A stretch of DNA of 32,000 bases from Candidatus Brocadiaceae bacterium (GTDB lineage: Bacteria > Planctomycetota > Brocadiia > Brocadiales > Brocadiaceae). The position numbers and the translations under genes were made by a program. The DNA is taken from positions 233,958-265,957 of the forward strand of contig JALDQZ010000004.1 in NCBI GenBank assembly GCA_031316145.1, given 5' to 3'. The notes beneath the pieces were generated by a model. That model was not told where the DNA came from, did not search any database, and saw nothing but the letters and a program-made list of their open reading frames with translations. Each line of letters opens with the position of its first letter. The first letter of the stretch is position 1. Below are positions 7,891 to 16,062 of this stretch, in pieces.

Positions 7891-8690
7891 ATAAATCGAG
7901 TGACTCTTTCTTTATAGTCTCTATGAAACCGACGAACCTTTTCCAGACGAATTTGTATCCGATCATGATGAGAACCCTTCCAATAAATCCTGTTACATCC
8001 TTCACATAAAAAGAATTCATTGAAATAGGCCTTTGTCTTTGGTTCCAAACGATGGATAATTAAAGATTTATCAATTTTCCTTATTTTACCGTTGCAAATC
8101 ATGCACCGATAAAACGGTCTTATTTGGGAATAGAGATCATAGCGATCAAGCACTTCCTGGAGTTGCTCCTCAGAATTCATTGAACGGATACAATATCCAT
8201 GGACAATAACCTTTACGTATAACAGTCGCCGATCTCGTGTAACGATTATGCGTTTTTCCTCCAAGGACCGGCGAATAATTTCAGGGTCGTCATAATCATT
8301 TTCATAGACGACATCAAATCCAAGCATCCTGAGCATTTTGGCTAGCTTACCAAGATGAACATCGAGGATAAATGCATGCTTTTTCAGTGGTTCATCCCTA
8401 AGCTTCACTCTGGGAAAAATATCAGTAGAAACCTTCTCCGGATATACCGCTACCTGGTCACCGTGCTGCAATCGATACTCAAAAGACACAGAATGCCCAT
8501 TGACGACAATCAGGTCAACTTCAGTATGGGGTACTCCGATTGCTTCTATCGGATCTTTTATAGAAGGATTACCACGAAATTGATAGGAATAGTTCTTTTC
8601 TCTTTTCTCCGAAGGGAAAAAGTCGTTCAGTTTTTCATAAAAATGAAATTGTGCCACATTTTCATACGAACTCCATATTTTTTTCTTCAT
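7887..8690 (-). CDS. Mut7-C RNase domain (PIN-like, DUF82) protein with N-terminal ubiquitin-like beta-grasp domain and C-terminal zinc ribbon
   Basis: HTEVDLIVVNGHSVSFEYRLQHGDQVAVYP is ThiS/Ub-Mut7C-like. DVHLGKLAKMLRMLGFDV...IVTRDRRLL is the Mut7-C nuclease core. CMICNGKI...CEGCNRIYWKGSHHDRI is the zinc ribbon. ATG 8690 (MKKKIW) is preferred over the TTG at 8735. Confidence 0.75.
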   Translation of the reverse strand: MKKKIWSSYENVAQFHFYEKLNDFFPSEKREKNYSYQFRGNPSIKDPIEAIGVPHTEVDLIVVNGHSVSFEYRLQHGDQVAVYPEKVSTDIFPRVKLRDEPLKKHAFILDVHLGKLAKMLRMLGFDVVYENDYDDPEIIRRSLEEKRIIVTRDRRLLYVKVIVHGYCIRSMNSEEQLQEVLDRYDLYSQIRPFYRCMICNGKIRKIDKSLIIHRLEPKTKAYFNEFFLCEGCNRIYWKGSHHDRIQIRLEKVRRFHRDYKERVTRFM

Positions 8691-9127
8691 GATTATTAGG
8701 ATTATTCCGTACCAAAATAGCGTACTACAGGTCAATTCTCCGAAATACCGTATTTCCTACATTGAAACCCTTTAAAAAAACTCCTTTATGGCACTCTATC
8801 AGGATAAAGATACCGTGGACCAAATAGAATGGAGCTTAAAAAACCTCATGTTATTATTAAAATTATATGGTATAATGTTATTTCATATTTCAGCATTATC
8901 CAGTAAAATTTGTACGTAAGCATTCAGTTTCTTTATAGTTTTCACAACGTACCGTAGATGTGAATATTGGAAGGGAGGTGAGGATTCATAATTATAGCAA
9001 TGGTATGCTTAAGATGAGGGGATTTATTTTTTTCTAATTTTCAAACGCGAGTGTATGTGAGTACTTTTAGAAGAGAGGTTTAAAGTTTTAAAGGCAGGTA
9101 TTGTTATTTTTCTAAGGAGAATAAGAT

Positions 9128-9547
9128 ATGAAAAAGTATGTATTAGGTATTTGTTTTGCTCTGAGTGTTGCAATGGTTTCCTGGACCACGGTTTCCGCAG
9201 AACCTACAGATGGTACGTTTACCGTTGTAGGTGATAATACTTCCTTTATGGGGGCAACGGAAGGGAAACAATTACCGTTGCTTTGTGACGGTTTTGGCTA
9301 TGTATGGGATCTTGAAGTTGTAAGCGCCGGTCAATTGCAGGGTACGGTAGATACCGGTACTTGCGGAATTTATCGCGTAACTGGTACATTTGACGCCGTG
9401 AATGTCAGGTTAAGAGCTCAAGGCGGTGATGGTGTACGTTGCGTAAGTTTCACCTATACGGGAACACACTCAGGGACAAATGGTTCGGGTACCTGGACAA
9501 ATGATGCAGGTGGCTCGGGTACCTGGTCAGCGTCAAAGTGTAATTAA
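9128..9547 (+). CDS. Secreted hypothetical protein, Gly/Thr-rich, 4 Cys
   Basis: AAGGAGA RBS 7 nt upstream. Signal peptide MKKYVLGICFALSVAMVSWTTVSA|EP. The mature part is rich in G/T/V, with four Cys and a duplicated GSGTW motif near the C-terminus. No family recognised. Confidence 0.6.
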   Translation: MKKYVLGICFALSVAMVSWTTVSAEPTDGTFTVVGDNTSFMGATEGKQLPLLCDGFGYVWDLEVVSAGQLQGTVDTGTCGIYRVTGTFDAVNVRLRAQGGDGVRCVSFTYTGTHSGTNGSGTWTNDAGGSGTWSASKCN

Positions 9548-9679
9548 ACCATGAGCGTTTGATCCGGGTATCTTGCCGAACCAAACAGAGCAACGATACT
9601 GTGAAGGTGATGATGATCTCATAGAAGCACGTATGAACCTTTCAAGTGAACTCTGTTAAAGGTGTATATACTGTTTCAA

Positions 9680-9717
9680 GAAGGGGTGGCAAACGGTTTT
9701 GCTACCCCTTCTTTGTT
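9680..9717 (+). terminator. Rho-independent terminator
   Basis: GAAGGGGTGGCAAA-cggt-TTTGCTACCCCTTC forms a 14-bp stem with one G-U pair, followed by TTTGTT. It lies 133 nt after the stop of the 9128..9547 gene. Confidence 0.6.
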
Positions 9718-9813
9718 AAACAACATTGGTGTTGTAAGATTCGTTCCTTTACAGGAATTTTCTTCTCCCTTCTTTTTAAACGATTAAATAAGTACTACTA
9801 CTAAAGAGTAATC

Positions 9814-10095
9814 ATGCCAAGAAAAGAAATACATACGTTTTCGGAGAATGACATATCGAGGATATTTATTGCCAGAAATGTAAGAGAGGCAAAGTTTATT
9901 GAAAGGATTTTCGCTCAAAACAAAATAGACTATTCAATAGAGCTGGAATCTTACGTCTCAACAAGATTTTTTGGCAGCTCAAATTATATCGGAGCCACAT
10001 TTTACGTACGGACAGAAAAAAGTGCTTTTTGCAAGGAATTGCTTACCTCTCATGGTTTACATTCAGGGATCATAGATGAAGAAAATAGTGTATAA
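9814..10095 (+). CDS. Hypothetical protein (93 aa)
   Basis: The only long ORF in this interval. No motif that I can assign confidently, and the RBS is weak. Confidence 0.4.
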   Translation: MPRKEIHTFSENDISRIFIARNVREAKFIERIFAQNKIDYSIELESYVSTRFFGSSNYIGATFYVRTEKSAFCKELLTSHGLHSGIIDEENSV

Positions 10096-10186
10096 ACCAC
10101 CCGTTTGAAATACTGGAATGCCTGCAACTATTTTTTTCCGGTGTGCTTACCACAGTGAGTAGACCGTAACGATAACACGTTTATTT

Positions 10187-11425
10187 TTATTTATTGAACG
10201 TGCTAACAATCAGGCAGGAATTATTCCCATCATAATCCATGTTGTGGACCGCAGCATGATTAATTTCTTTTTTGAGGGGCTTTTCCAAGACGAGATTCAG
10301 ATTATTCTCTTGATCTTGTTCCTTGTGATTTATGATGTGAGGAATGGTACCGGTATTTATCGACATCACCGCAGAAATGATCTGGGCAGCGCCCGCAGTA
10401 CCATAACTCTCGCCCACATTCGATTTGATTGCAGAAATTGGGATATGAACAGCGTTTTCACCGTATAGGGATTGAATCGCCATGAATTCAATGTAGTCCT
10501 GTGTTTTACATCCATTAGCACCGGCGTTGATACAATCAATGTTTTCTTTTGTAAGCCCTGCATCTTCCAAGGCATAATGCATGGCTTTTTCCACGCGTCG
10601 TACCTTTTCTTCCATGGAATATTTTTTACCACCCGCAAAAGTATTGCCAAATCCTTTTACCTCTGCATAGATACGAGCTCCTCTGTCCAGGGCATGTTGC
10701 AGTTCTTCAAGGACAATAACTTGACTTCCTTCGGCCATTACAAAACCGTTTCTTTCCCTATCAAATGGCGCGCAAACCTCACTTGTTCCATCCAAACCGG
10801 ACAGTAAACCCCTCAGATAAAAAATCAGGTACAGGTCAATAGAGATTTGCTCCACGCCACCGGCCACCATAACCTTCGCCATACCACGCTTTATCATCCT
10901 ACAGGCATCCCCTATGGCATCTGTACTCGATGTAAAACCGGCAGAAAGCGTGCGCACAGGCCCCTTGATCTTAAAGGTGACTGATACATAATTGATGGAT
11001 GAGTTTAATGCTACATCGTAGCTGCACATCGGTGAAAGTTCCGACGGATTATTCCTGATAATTTCAAAAAAGTAATCTGTTGTCTCCGAAAAATTCCCCA
11101 ATGACGACCCAATCACCATTCCCATCTGATCAGCTAAGGATCCATCCTCCGGCGAAAGGTTTGCATCGTCCAGAGCCATTTTAGCCGCTGACCCCAGGAA
11201 CCGTGTTCCCTTATTCAGATATTTTAGGCCTTTTTTACCAAGGTGGGTTTCAACGGAAAGACCTCGTACCTCGCCACCCAATTTGCATGTATAGGGAGAA
11301 AGATCCAGGGAAGTCATTGGCGCAATGCCCGATTTTCCTTCTACAAGGTTGTCCCAGAATTCCTCTTTTGTTGACCCAAGAGGAGACACAACCCCCATAC
11401 CAGTAATAACAACTCTTTTTTTCAT
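10187..11425 (-). CDS. Beta-ketoacyl synthase-like protein lacking the Cys-His-His triad (chain-length-factor-like KS partner)
   Basis: 412 aa with a full KS fold (MKKRVVITGMGVVSPLG..., C-terminal thiolase half). When aligned by eye to the neighbouring KS, the active-site residues are replaced. ACSSG becomes AGFTSS (Cys to Phe164). INAHGTGT becomes INAGANGC (His to Gly). GHLMGAAS becomes GESYGTAG (His to Glu). Confidence 0.85.
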   Translation of the reverse strand: MKKRVVITGMGVVSPLGSTKEEFWDNLVEGKSGIAPMTSLDLSPYTCKLGGEVRGLSVETHLGKKGLKYLNKGTRFLGSAAKMALDDANLSPEDGSLADQMGMVIGSSLGNFSETTDYFFEIIRNNPSELSPMCSYDVALNSSINYVSVTFKIKGPVRTLSAGFTSSTDAIGDACRMIKRGMAKVMVAGGVEQISIDLYLIFYLRGLLSGLDGTSEVCAPFDRERNGFVMAEGSQVIVLEELQHALDRGARIYAEVKGFGNTFAGGKKYSMEEKVRRVEKAMHYALEDAGLTKENIDCINAGANGCKTQDYIEFMAIQSLYGENAVHIPISAIKSNVGESYGTAGAAQIISAVMSINTGTIPHIINHKEQDQENNLNLVLEKPLKKEINHAAVHNMDYDGNNSCLIVSTFNK

Positions 11426-11561
11426 AAAGCTTTTTTCATAATCAACGTTCGTATTCTCATTTTTGTCTTTATTCCACCATACCCCTTGTGCCCAATCTAG
11501 AATCTGGAATAAGCTTTTTTACGGGGAATTTTCTCAACGAAATTCTTCTGGCAAGCATCGA

Positions 11562-12773
11562 TCATTCCAGCTTAGTAAATATCGTCGTAGCATTATTGCC
11601 ACCAAAGGCAAACGAATTATTAACAATACTCCCTACCTTTGCTTCACGCGCCTTATTGGGTACAATGTCAAGATCACATTCCGAGTCAGGTGTTTCATAG
11701 TTTATTGTCGGAGGTATAATTCCATGTCTGAGCACCAAACAGCATATAATTGATTCCACGGCGCTCGCCGCACCCATAAGATGCCCAATCATTGATTTTG
11801 TCGAACTGCAGGGAATTTTACAGGCATATTCCCCGAAAACATGTTTTATAGCAAGGGTCTCTGTCTTATCATTATGCGGTGTACCTGTACCGTGCGCATT
11901 AATATAATCGATATCCGCGCAGGAAAGTCCAGCCATTTTCATGGCGTTGCTCATGCATTTTATTGCGCCTTCTCCTTTTGGATGCGGCGCTGTCATATGG
12001 AACCCATCGCAACTTAACCCATAACCAGCCATCTCCGCAATAATCTCCGCCCCGCGATTTTTCGCGAACTCATACCGTTCCATAATCAGTATTCCAGCCC
12101 CTTCTCCTATCATAAGTCCTTTGCGATTTTTATCAAAAGGCTGGCAACGGTCGGGGGCCAACGCCTTAAGGTTATGGAAGTGGGTAAATTCTGTTTGCGG
12201 AATCATGTCTCCTCCGCCAACCATGATCACATCCATCTTGTTTTCTGCAAGAAGGTCATAGGCCCAGGCAATGGCATGATTCCCTGAAGAACAGGCGTTG
12301 AGAGATACCATCGTCGGACCTTCAAAATCAAAATGCTGAGCTAATACGTTTGTAATGGAATTCGGAGGATAGACAGCCGCAACGATCGTATCAAACCCAT
12401 TATCCTTTTTTAAAGTATACCGCCTCAAACGTCTCTCAAAAGGTGTTAACTCTGCCGCAAGCGTACCAATGGTGATACCGAAGCGTTCTCTGTTAAACCC
12501 TTTTGCCTCTAATAAACCACTTTCCTGTAATGCCTCCCGAGCAGCATAATAAACATATTTATGGATGGTATTTTCTTTTATCTGATTTTCAAGCCCCACC
12601 TCCAAATCAAAATCCTTTACCTCACAAGAACGATGAACCTTATATTGAGAAGTATCAAAGGACTTCATTTCATTGGCGCCATCACGTCCACCGATAAATG
12701 ATTCCCAGCTTTTTCTTACACCTATTCCAACAGGTGTGACCAAACCCATACCGGTAATAACGACTTTCCGCAT
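11562..12773 (-). CDS. Beta-ketoacyl-[ACP] synthase (FabF/FabB family) with intact catalytic triad
   Basis: 403 aa. MRKVVITGMGLVTPVG, active-site LNACSSGNHA (Cys161), INAHGTGTPHND, KSMIGHLMGAASAVE and the NSFAFGGNNATTIF C-terminus. Confidence 0.9.
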   Translation of the reverse strand: MRKVVITGMGLVTPVGIGVRKSWESFIGGRDGANEMKSFDTSQYKVHRSCEVKDFDLEVGLENQIKENTIHKYVYYAAREALQESGLLEAKGFNRERFGITIGTLAAELTPFERRLRRYTLKKDNGFDTIVAAVYPPNSITNVLAQHFDFEGPTMVSLNACSSGNHAIAWAYDLLAENKMDVIMVGGGDMIPQTEFTHFHNLKALAPDRCQPFDKNRKGLMIGEGAGILIMERYEFAKNRGAEIIAEMAGYGLSCDGFHMTAPHPKGEGAIKCMSNAMKMAGLSCADIDYINAHGTGTPHNDKTETLAIKHVFGEYACKIPCSSTKSMIGHLMGAASAVESIICCLVLRHGIIPPTINYETPDSECDLDIVPNKAREAKVGSIVNNSFAFGGNNATTIFTKLE

Positions 12774-12832
12774 GATTTTATATCTTCAAAAGTATCATGT
12801 TAATTCACCAACGCGCCAGGAATGCATAAAAT

Positions 12833-12879
12833 AAGAGAGGCCAACTATTCGCCCGAAACGAATATGTTGACCTTCTCTT
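12833..12879 (-). terminator. Imperfect hairpin between the radical SAM gene and the KS gene (possible attenuator/terminator)
   Basis: The minus strand reads AAGAGAAGGTCAACATATTCG-tttcggg-CGAATAGTTGGCCTCTCTT followed by ATTTTAT. The stem has mismatches and bulges. Confidence 0.3.
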
Positions 12880-12948
12880 TTCTTGCGAGCAGCCCCGCGC
12901 ACTCACACCATGTAACTACTTTTCCTTATTTTTGAGAAAAGATAGATA

Positions 12949-14430
12949 TTACGTTGAGACCTCTATCGGCGTCAAGTCAGGTTTTTCCCCATGCTTTTTT
13001 GCATACTCGTAGCGCTGTAAAGCATCGTCATAATATCCGGAGGTCTGTAATTCTTTTAAATTCTGAATCAAGTGTTGATAGACACTCTGCCAATCCAGAT
13101 TTACCCTGAAAGCAAACATTGCAGCATTCATATTATTATTCAATTCATCCTTGGCGCTGTGAAATCTTTTTCGAAGTATCTCAGTGGAAAAGATCTTATC
13201 ATATAAATACTGAAAACCGTTGATAAGGTCCTGAAGTGACAAACTTTTCAATATATAGGTAAGATGATGCGACGTATAATATTTCCAGTCTTCGGGAAAA
13301 TTTGTCCTAAAAAGCCTGCCATCTCTCTTTAATCGGTTGTATAGAGGCGTATTGATAAAAGGACATAAGATGCCACACGTCATGATGTCAATGTGGGAAT
13401 TTAAAATAAAATCGGCAACCTTTTTAAACGTGTCTGGAGTATCGGCATCGTTTCCAAATACCATAGTACCCCATACCGCAAGTCCATGCTTCCGAATATT
13501 TGCAATAGCTTCAAAATAATTTTCAGTGGAAATTCGCAGGTTAACATTTTTATTCATCGTCTTAAGCGCTTCTTCTTCAATAGATTCGATACCGATCAAA
13601 ACTCCCACGCACCCGCTCTTTGCCATATACTCAAGAGTTTCATCGTCTTTATATATGTTAAGAGAGGTAAAACCAAACCAGTTCTGATAAATACCTCGTT
13701 CTACCATGCCTTTAAAAAGGTCTCTCACACGTTCGTTGGATTTTTTACTATGCCCGTAAAAATTCTCATCCGTCAAAATCAAACCACGATATTGCCCGTT
13801 AATGGATTCGAATTCGTCTAAGACGTCCTCTATCGGTCTTTCACGATATTTTCTCCCCTGGAACTGAGGTACTGAACAAAATTCACAACTGAACGGACAC
13901 CCGGCTGTTGTTATAATTCCGGAGTATCGATATTTATATTTATCCTTTAAAAACTTCCTATCAGACCGCAAGCCATGGTAAATATCCATAGAGGTAAGAC
14001 CGCCGTCATATCTCTTTTGGAGGCAACCATTTTCAAAATCATCAAGGATTTTTTCCCAAAGGGTCACCGCTTCCCTGATTACAACGCAATCAACATATTT
14101 TTCTACCTCTTCGGGAAAGCTCGTGGCATGAATACCCCCCATAATTACCGGAATCCCTCGTTTTTTACACGCAGCAGCAATCTTATATGCACGGTGGGCC
14201 TGATAACTAACGGAAGTAATACCAACCAGGTCAGCGCCTTCAAAAGTAATATCCCCGGTATTTTCATCTATGGCATATTCCTGTGTTTCATCTATAATAT
14301 CAACTTTCCAGTGTGCCGGAGTTAACGCTTTCAGATAACCCAGATTAACCGGCATTTGATTTAACACAGAAACGTTTTCCTCTCCAACATTGCCAATCGG
14401 ATGAGGATTAATAAGAACCAGTTTTTTCAT
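12949..14430 (-). CDS. B12-binding-domain radical SAM enzyme (class B rSAM)
   Basis: 493 aa. The N-terminal cobalamin-binding-like Rossmann segment reads DLVGITSVSYQAHRAYKIAAACKKRGIPVIMGGIHATSFPEE. It is followed by the radical SAM cluster motif CPFSCEFC (CxxxCxxC) and a GVLIGIES-type barrel strand. The ATG at 14430 overlaps the acpS stop (ATGA). Confidence 0.85.
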   Translation of the reverse strand: MKKLVLINPHPIGNVGEENVSVLNQMPVNLGYLKALTPAHWKVDIIDETQEYAIDENTGDITFEGADLVGITSVSYQAHRAYKIAAACKKRGIPVIMGGIHATSFPEEVEKYVDCVVIREAVTLWEKILDDFENGCLQKRYDGGLTSMDIYHGLRSDRKFLKDKYKYRYSGIITTAGCPFSCEFCSVPQFQGRKYRERPIEDVLDEFESINGQYRGLILTDENFYGHSKKSNERVRDLFKGMVERGIYQNWFGFTSLNIYKDDETLEYMAKSGCVGVLIGIESIEEEALKTMNKNVNLRISTENYFEAIANIRKHGLAVWGTMVFGNDADTPDTFKKVADFILNSHIDIMTCGILCPFINTPLYNRLKRDGRLFRTNFPEDWKYYTSHHLTYILKSLSLQDLINGFQYLYDKIFSTEILRKRFHSAKDELNNNMNAAMFAFRVNLDWQSVYQHLIQNLKELQTSGYYDDALQRYEYAKKHGEKPDLTPIEVST

Positions 14431-14864
14431 GTATAGACCTCTGCATTCTCAGTGGTTAATTTGTTTTCGCAAAATTTCTGCACCGCCTTGGGAATTAATA
14501 ATACCTGAGCAATAGCATATTCTTTACAATGAGATAAAGAGACCTTCGCATTGCCAATATTTTTTTTCTCCACTAATTCTTTCACCATCCCATAGAAATT
14601 CAAATATGGTTTCCCTTTTTCATTATTTAAAAGTTCTATATCCGTCCATTTCATGGCACCAACCCATCCGGTGCCTAATGCCTTAAACATGGCTTCCTTT
14701 GTGGCAAAACGCGCAGCATAATGCTGAAACCTGTTCTTCTTTGGGTTACAGTATTGTATTTCTTTTTCCGTATAGATTCTTTTTAAAAATGCCTCATTTG
14801 CAGAAAACAATCTTTCAATACGTTTTATTTCTATTATATCTATACCAATATCCATACGATGCAA
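14427..14864 (-). CDS. acpS: Holo-[ACP] synthase (4'-phosphopantetheinyl transferase, AcpS type)
   Basis: MDIGIDIIEIKRIERL..., FTEKEIQYC, ARFATKEAMFKALG and SLSHCKEYAIAQVLL match the AcpS pattern. The likely true start is ATG 14855 (MDIGID). The C-terminal ~15 aa extension overlaps the rSAM start. Confidence 0.8.
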   Translation of the reverse strand: MHRMDIGIDIIEIKRIERLFSANEAFLKRIYTEKEIQYCNPKKNRFQHYAARFATKEAMFKALGTGWVGAMKWTDIELLNNEKGKPYLNFYGMVKELVEKKNIGNAKVSLSHCKEYAIAQVLLIPKAVQKFCENKLTTENAEVYT

Positions 14865-15075
14865 TCGTTGCTAAATGATTGTAACTACTTATTACATAAG
14901 TATCTGTTACCGTAAACTGGCATTGTACAAGTTTACAAAATCAATGTCAATGACAAATTCATCCATGAGCACATATATACTGCTCTTTTAGCGGATATCA
15001 TGAGAAGTATCCGAAAAAGTTCTCTATTCGTGAATGTTTAACTGGCAAGCATCACTCTATCTGTTCCATTCTACC

Positions 15076-16062
15076 TTAAGAACCAAGAAATCGTATAAAA
15101 TGCATTAAGAGTTTCTCATTGAAGCTCCCTTCCATCTCATTTTTCATCATTTTCAATGCAGTAAAAGGTTTTCTCGCATCGGAATAAGATCTTCTTGTCG
15201 TCAAGGCATCATACACATCCACAATACACGCAAGCTGCCCGTATTTATGGATATCCTCCCCTTGTAACCCGCGTGGATAACCTTTGCCACTGTATTTCTC
15301 ATGATGTTGTGCAACTGAATACAATGAACGAGTATCCAGACCACCAACATTTTCTAGAATTTCAACGCCAAATGCTACATGCTCTTTCATTTTTTCAAAC
15401 TCCTCTTCCGTGAGACTTCCTTCTTTATTAACTATTTCTGATACAATCCGGGTTTTCCCTACGTCATGCAGCATCATTCCAGTCCCTACGGAGTAGAGTT
15501 CATCAATAGAAAATCCCAGATATCTTGAGAATGCCAAACCTAAAACAGACACATTCACTGAATGTGTATAGGTATAATAATCATACGAAAGTACGTTTAT
15601 CAAAGAACGAGATGCATCCTTATTGTTTATAATAAACTCTACGGTATTTGAGATCAATTCCCTGGAATGCGCTATATTTTCACCAGAACGCGGATTTTTC
15701 AAAACATCCACCATAATATTTTTTGCTAGGTCATAGACAATACCTGCCTTTTCCTCGGTTTTCAACGTACCATCGTGAATTATCTTCTTTAAAGACGATT
15801 CTAAATACTGGAAAAATTTTTGGCAATCTTCCTTGCGTATATACAACCTTTCAACGTGTTCCTTTAACAATCTATCGATTTTGCTTGTATTAATAAGGGT
15901 TTCACCACTTACATAGAGTACAAACTGTTCCTTGTTGTTTACACAAAGTTTAAGAAAAATATCACACCCTACACAGGTATTACAACGTATGGTTTTCAAC
16001 AGTATGGGAATATAATTATCCGTAATGCTTACACTTATCTGCGTGTCTCTTTTATTCTTCAT
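15076..16062 (-). CDS. HD-GYP domain protein (probable c-di-GMP phosphodiesterase) with uncharacterised N-terminal domain
   Basis: Contains the HDVGK and HHEKYSGKGYPRGL motifs. The ~140-aa N-terminal region has no motif I recognise. Confidence 0.8.
   Translation of the reverse strand: MKNKRDTQISVSITDNYIPILLKTIRCNTCVGCDIFLKLCVNNKEQFVLYVSGETLINTSKIDRLLKEHVERLYIRKEDCQKFFQYLESSLKKIIHDGTLKTEEKAGIVYDLAKNIMVDVLKNPRSGENIAHSRELISNTVEFIINNKDASRSLINVLSYDYYTYTHSVNVSVLGLAFSRYLGFSIDELYSVGTGMMLHDVGKTRIVSEIVNKEGSLTEEEFEKMKEHVAFGVEILENVGGLDTRSLYSVAQHHEKYSGKGYPRGLQGEDIHKYGQLACIVDVYDALTTRRSYSDARKPFTALKMMKNEMEGSFNEKLLMHFIRFLGS

Noticed and set aside
8868-8876. Extended -10-like TGGTATAAT on the plus strand upstream of the secreted-protein gene
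   Set aside because: It is about 250 nt from the start codon, with no convincing -35. In AT-rich intergenic DNA such matches are frequent, so it is not reported as a feature.
11422-11439. Five-codon upstream mini-ORF (ATG AAA AAA GCT TTA TGA) whose stop overlaps the ATG of the KS-like gene
   Set aside because: It is too short to evaluate. It probably reflects the A-rich context duplicating the ATGAAAAAA start, and no leader-peptide logic is evident.
14865-15075. Looked for a cobalamin riboswitch upstream of the acpS/B12-rSAM operon; also small hairpins at about 14921-14945 and 14992-15013
   Set aside because: There is no B12-box-like consensus on either strand. The hairpins are short (6-7 bp) with no U-tract.
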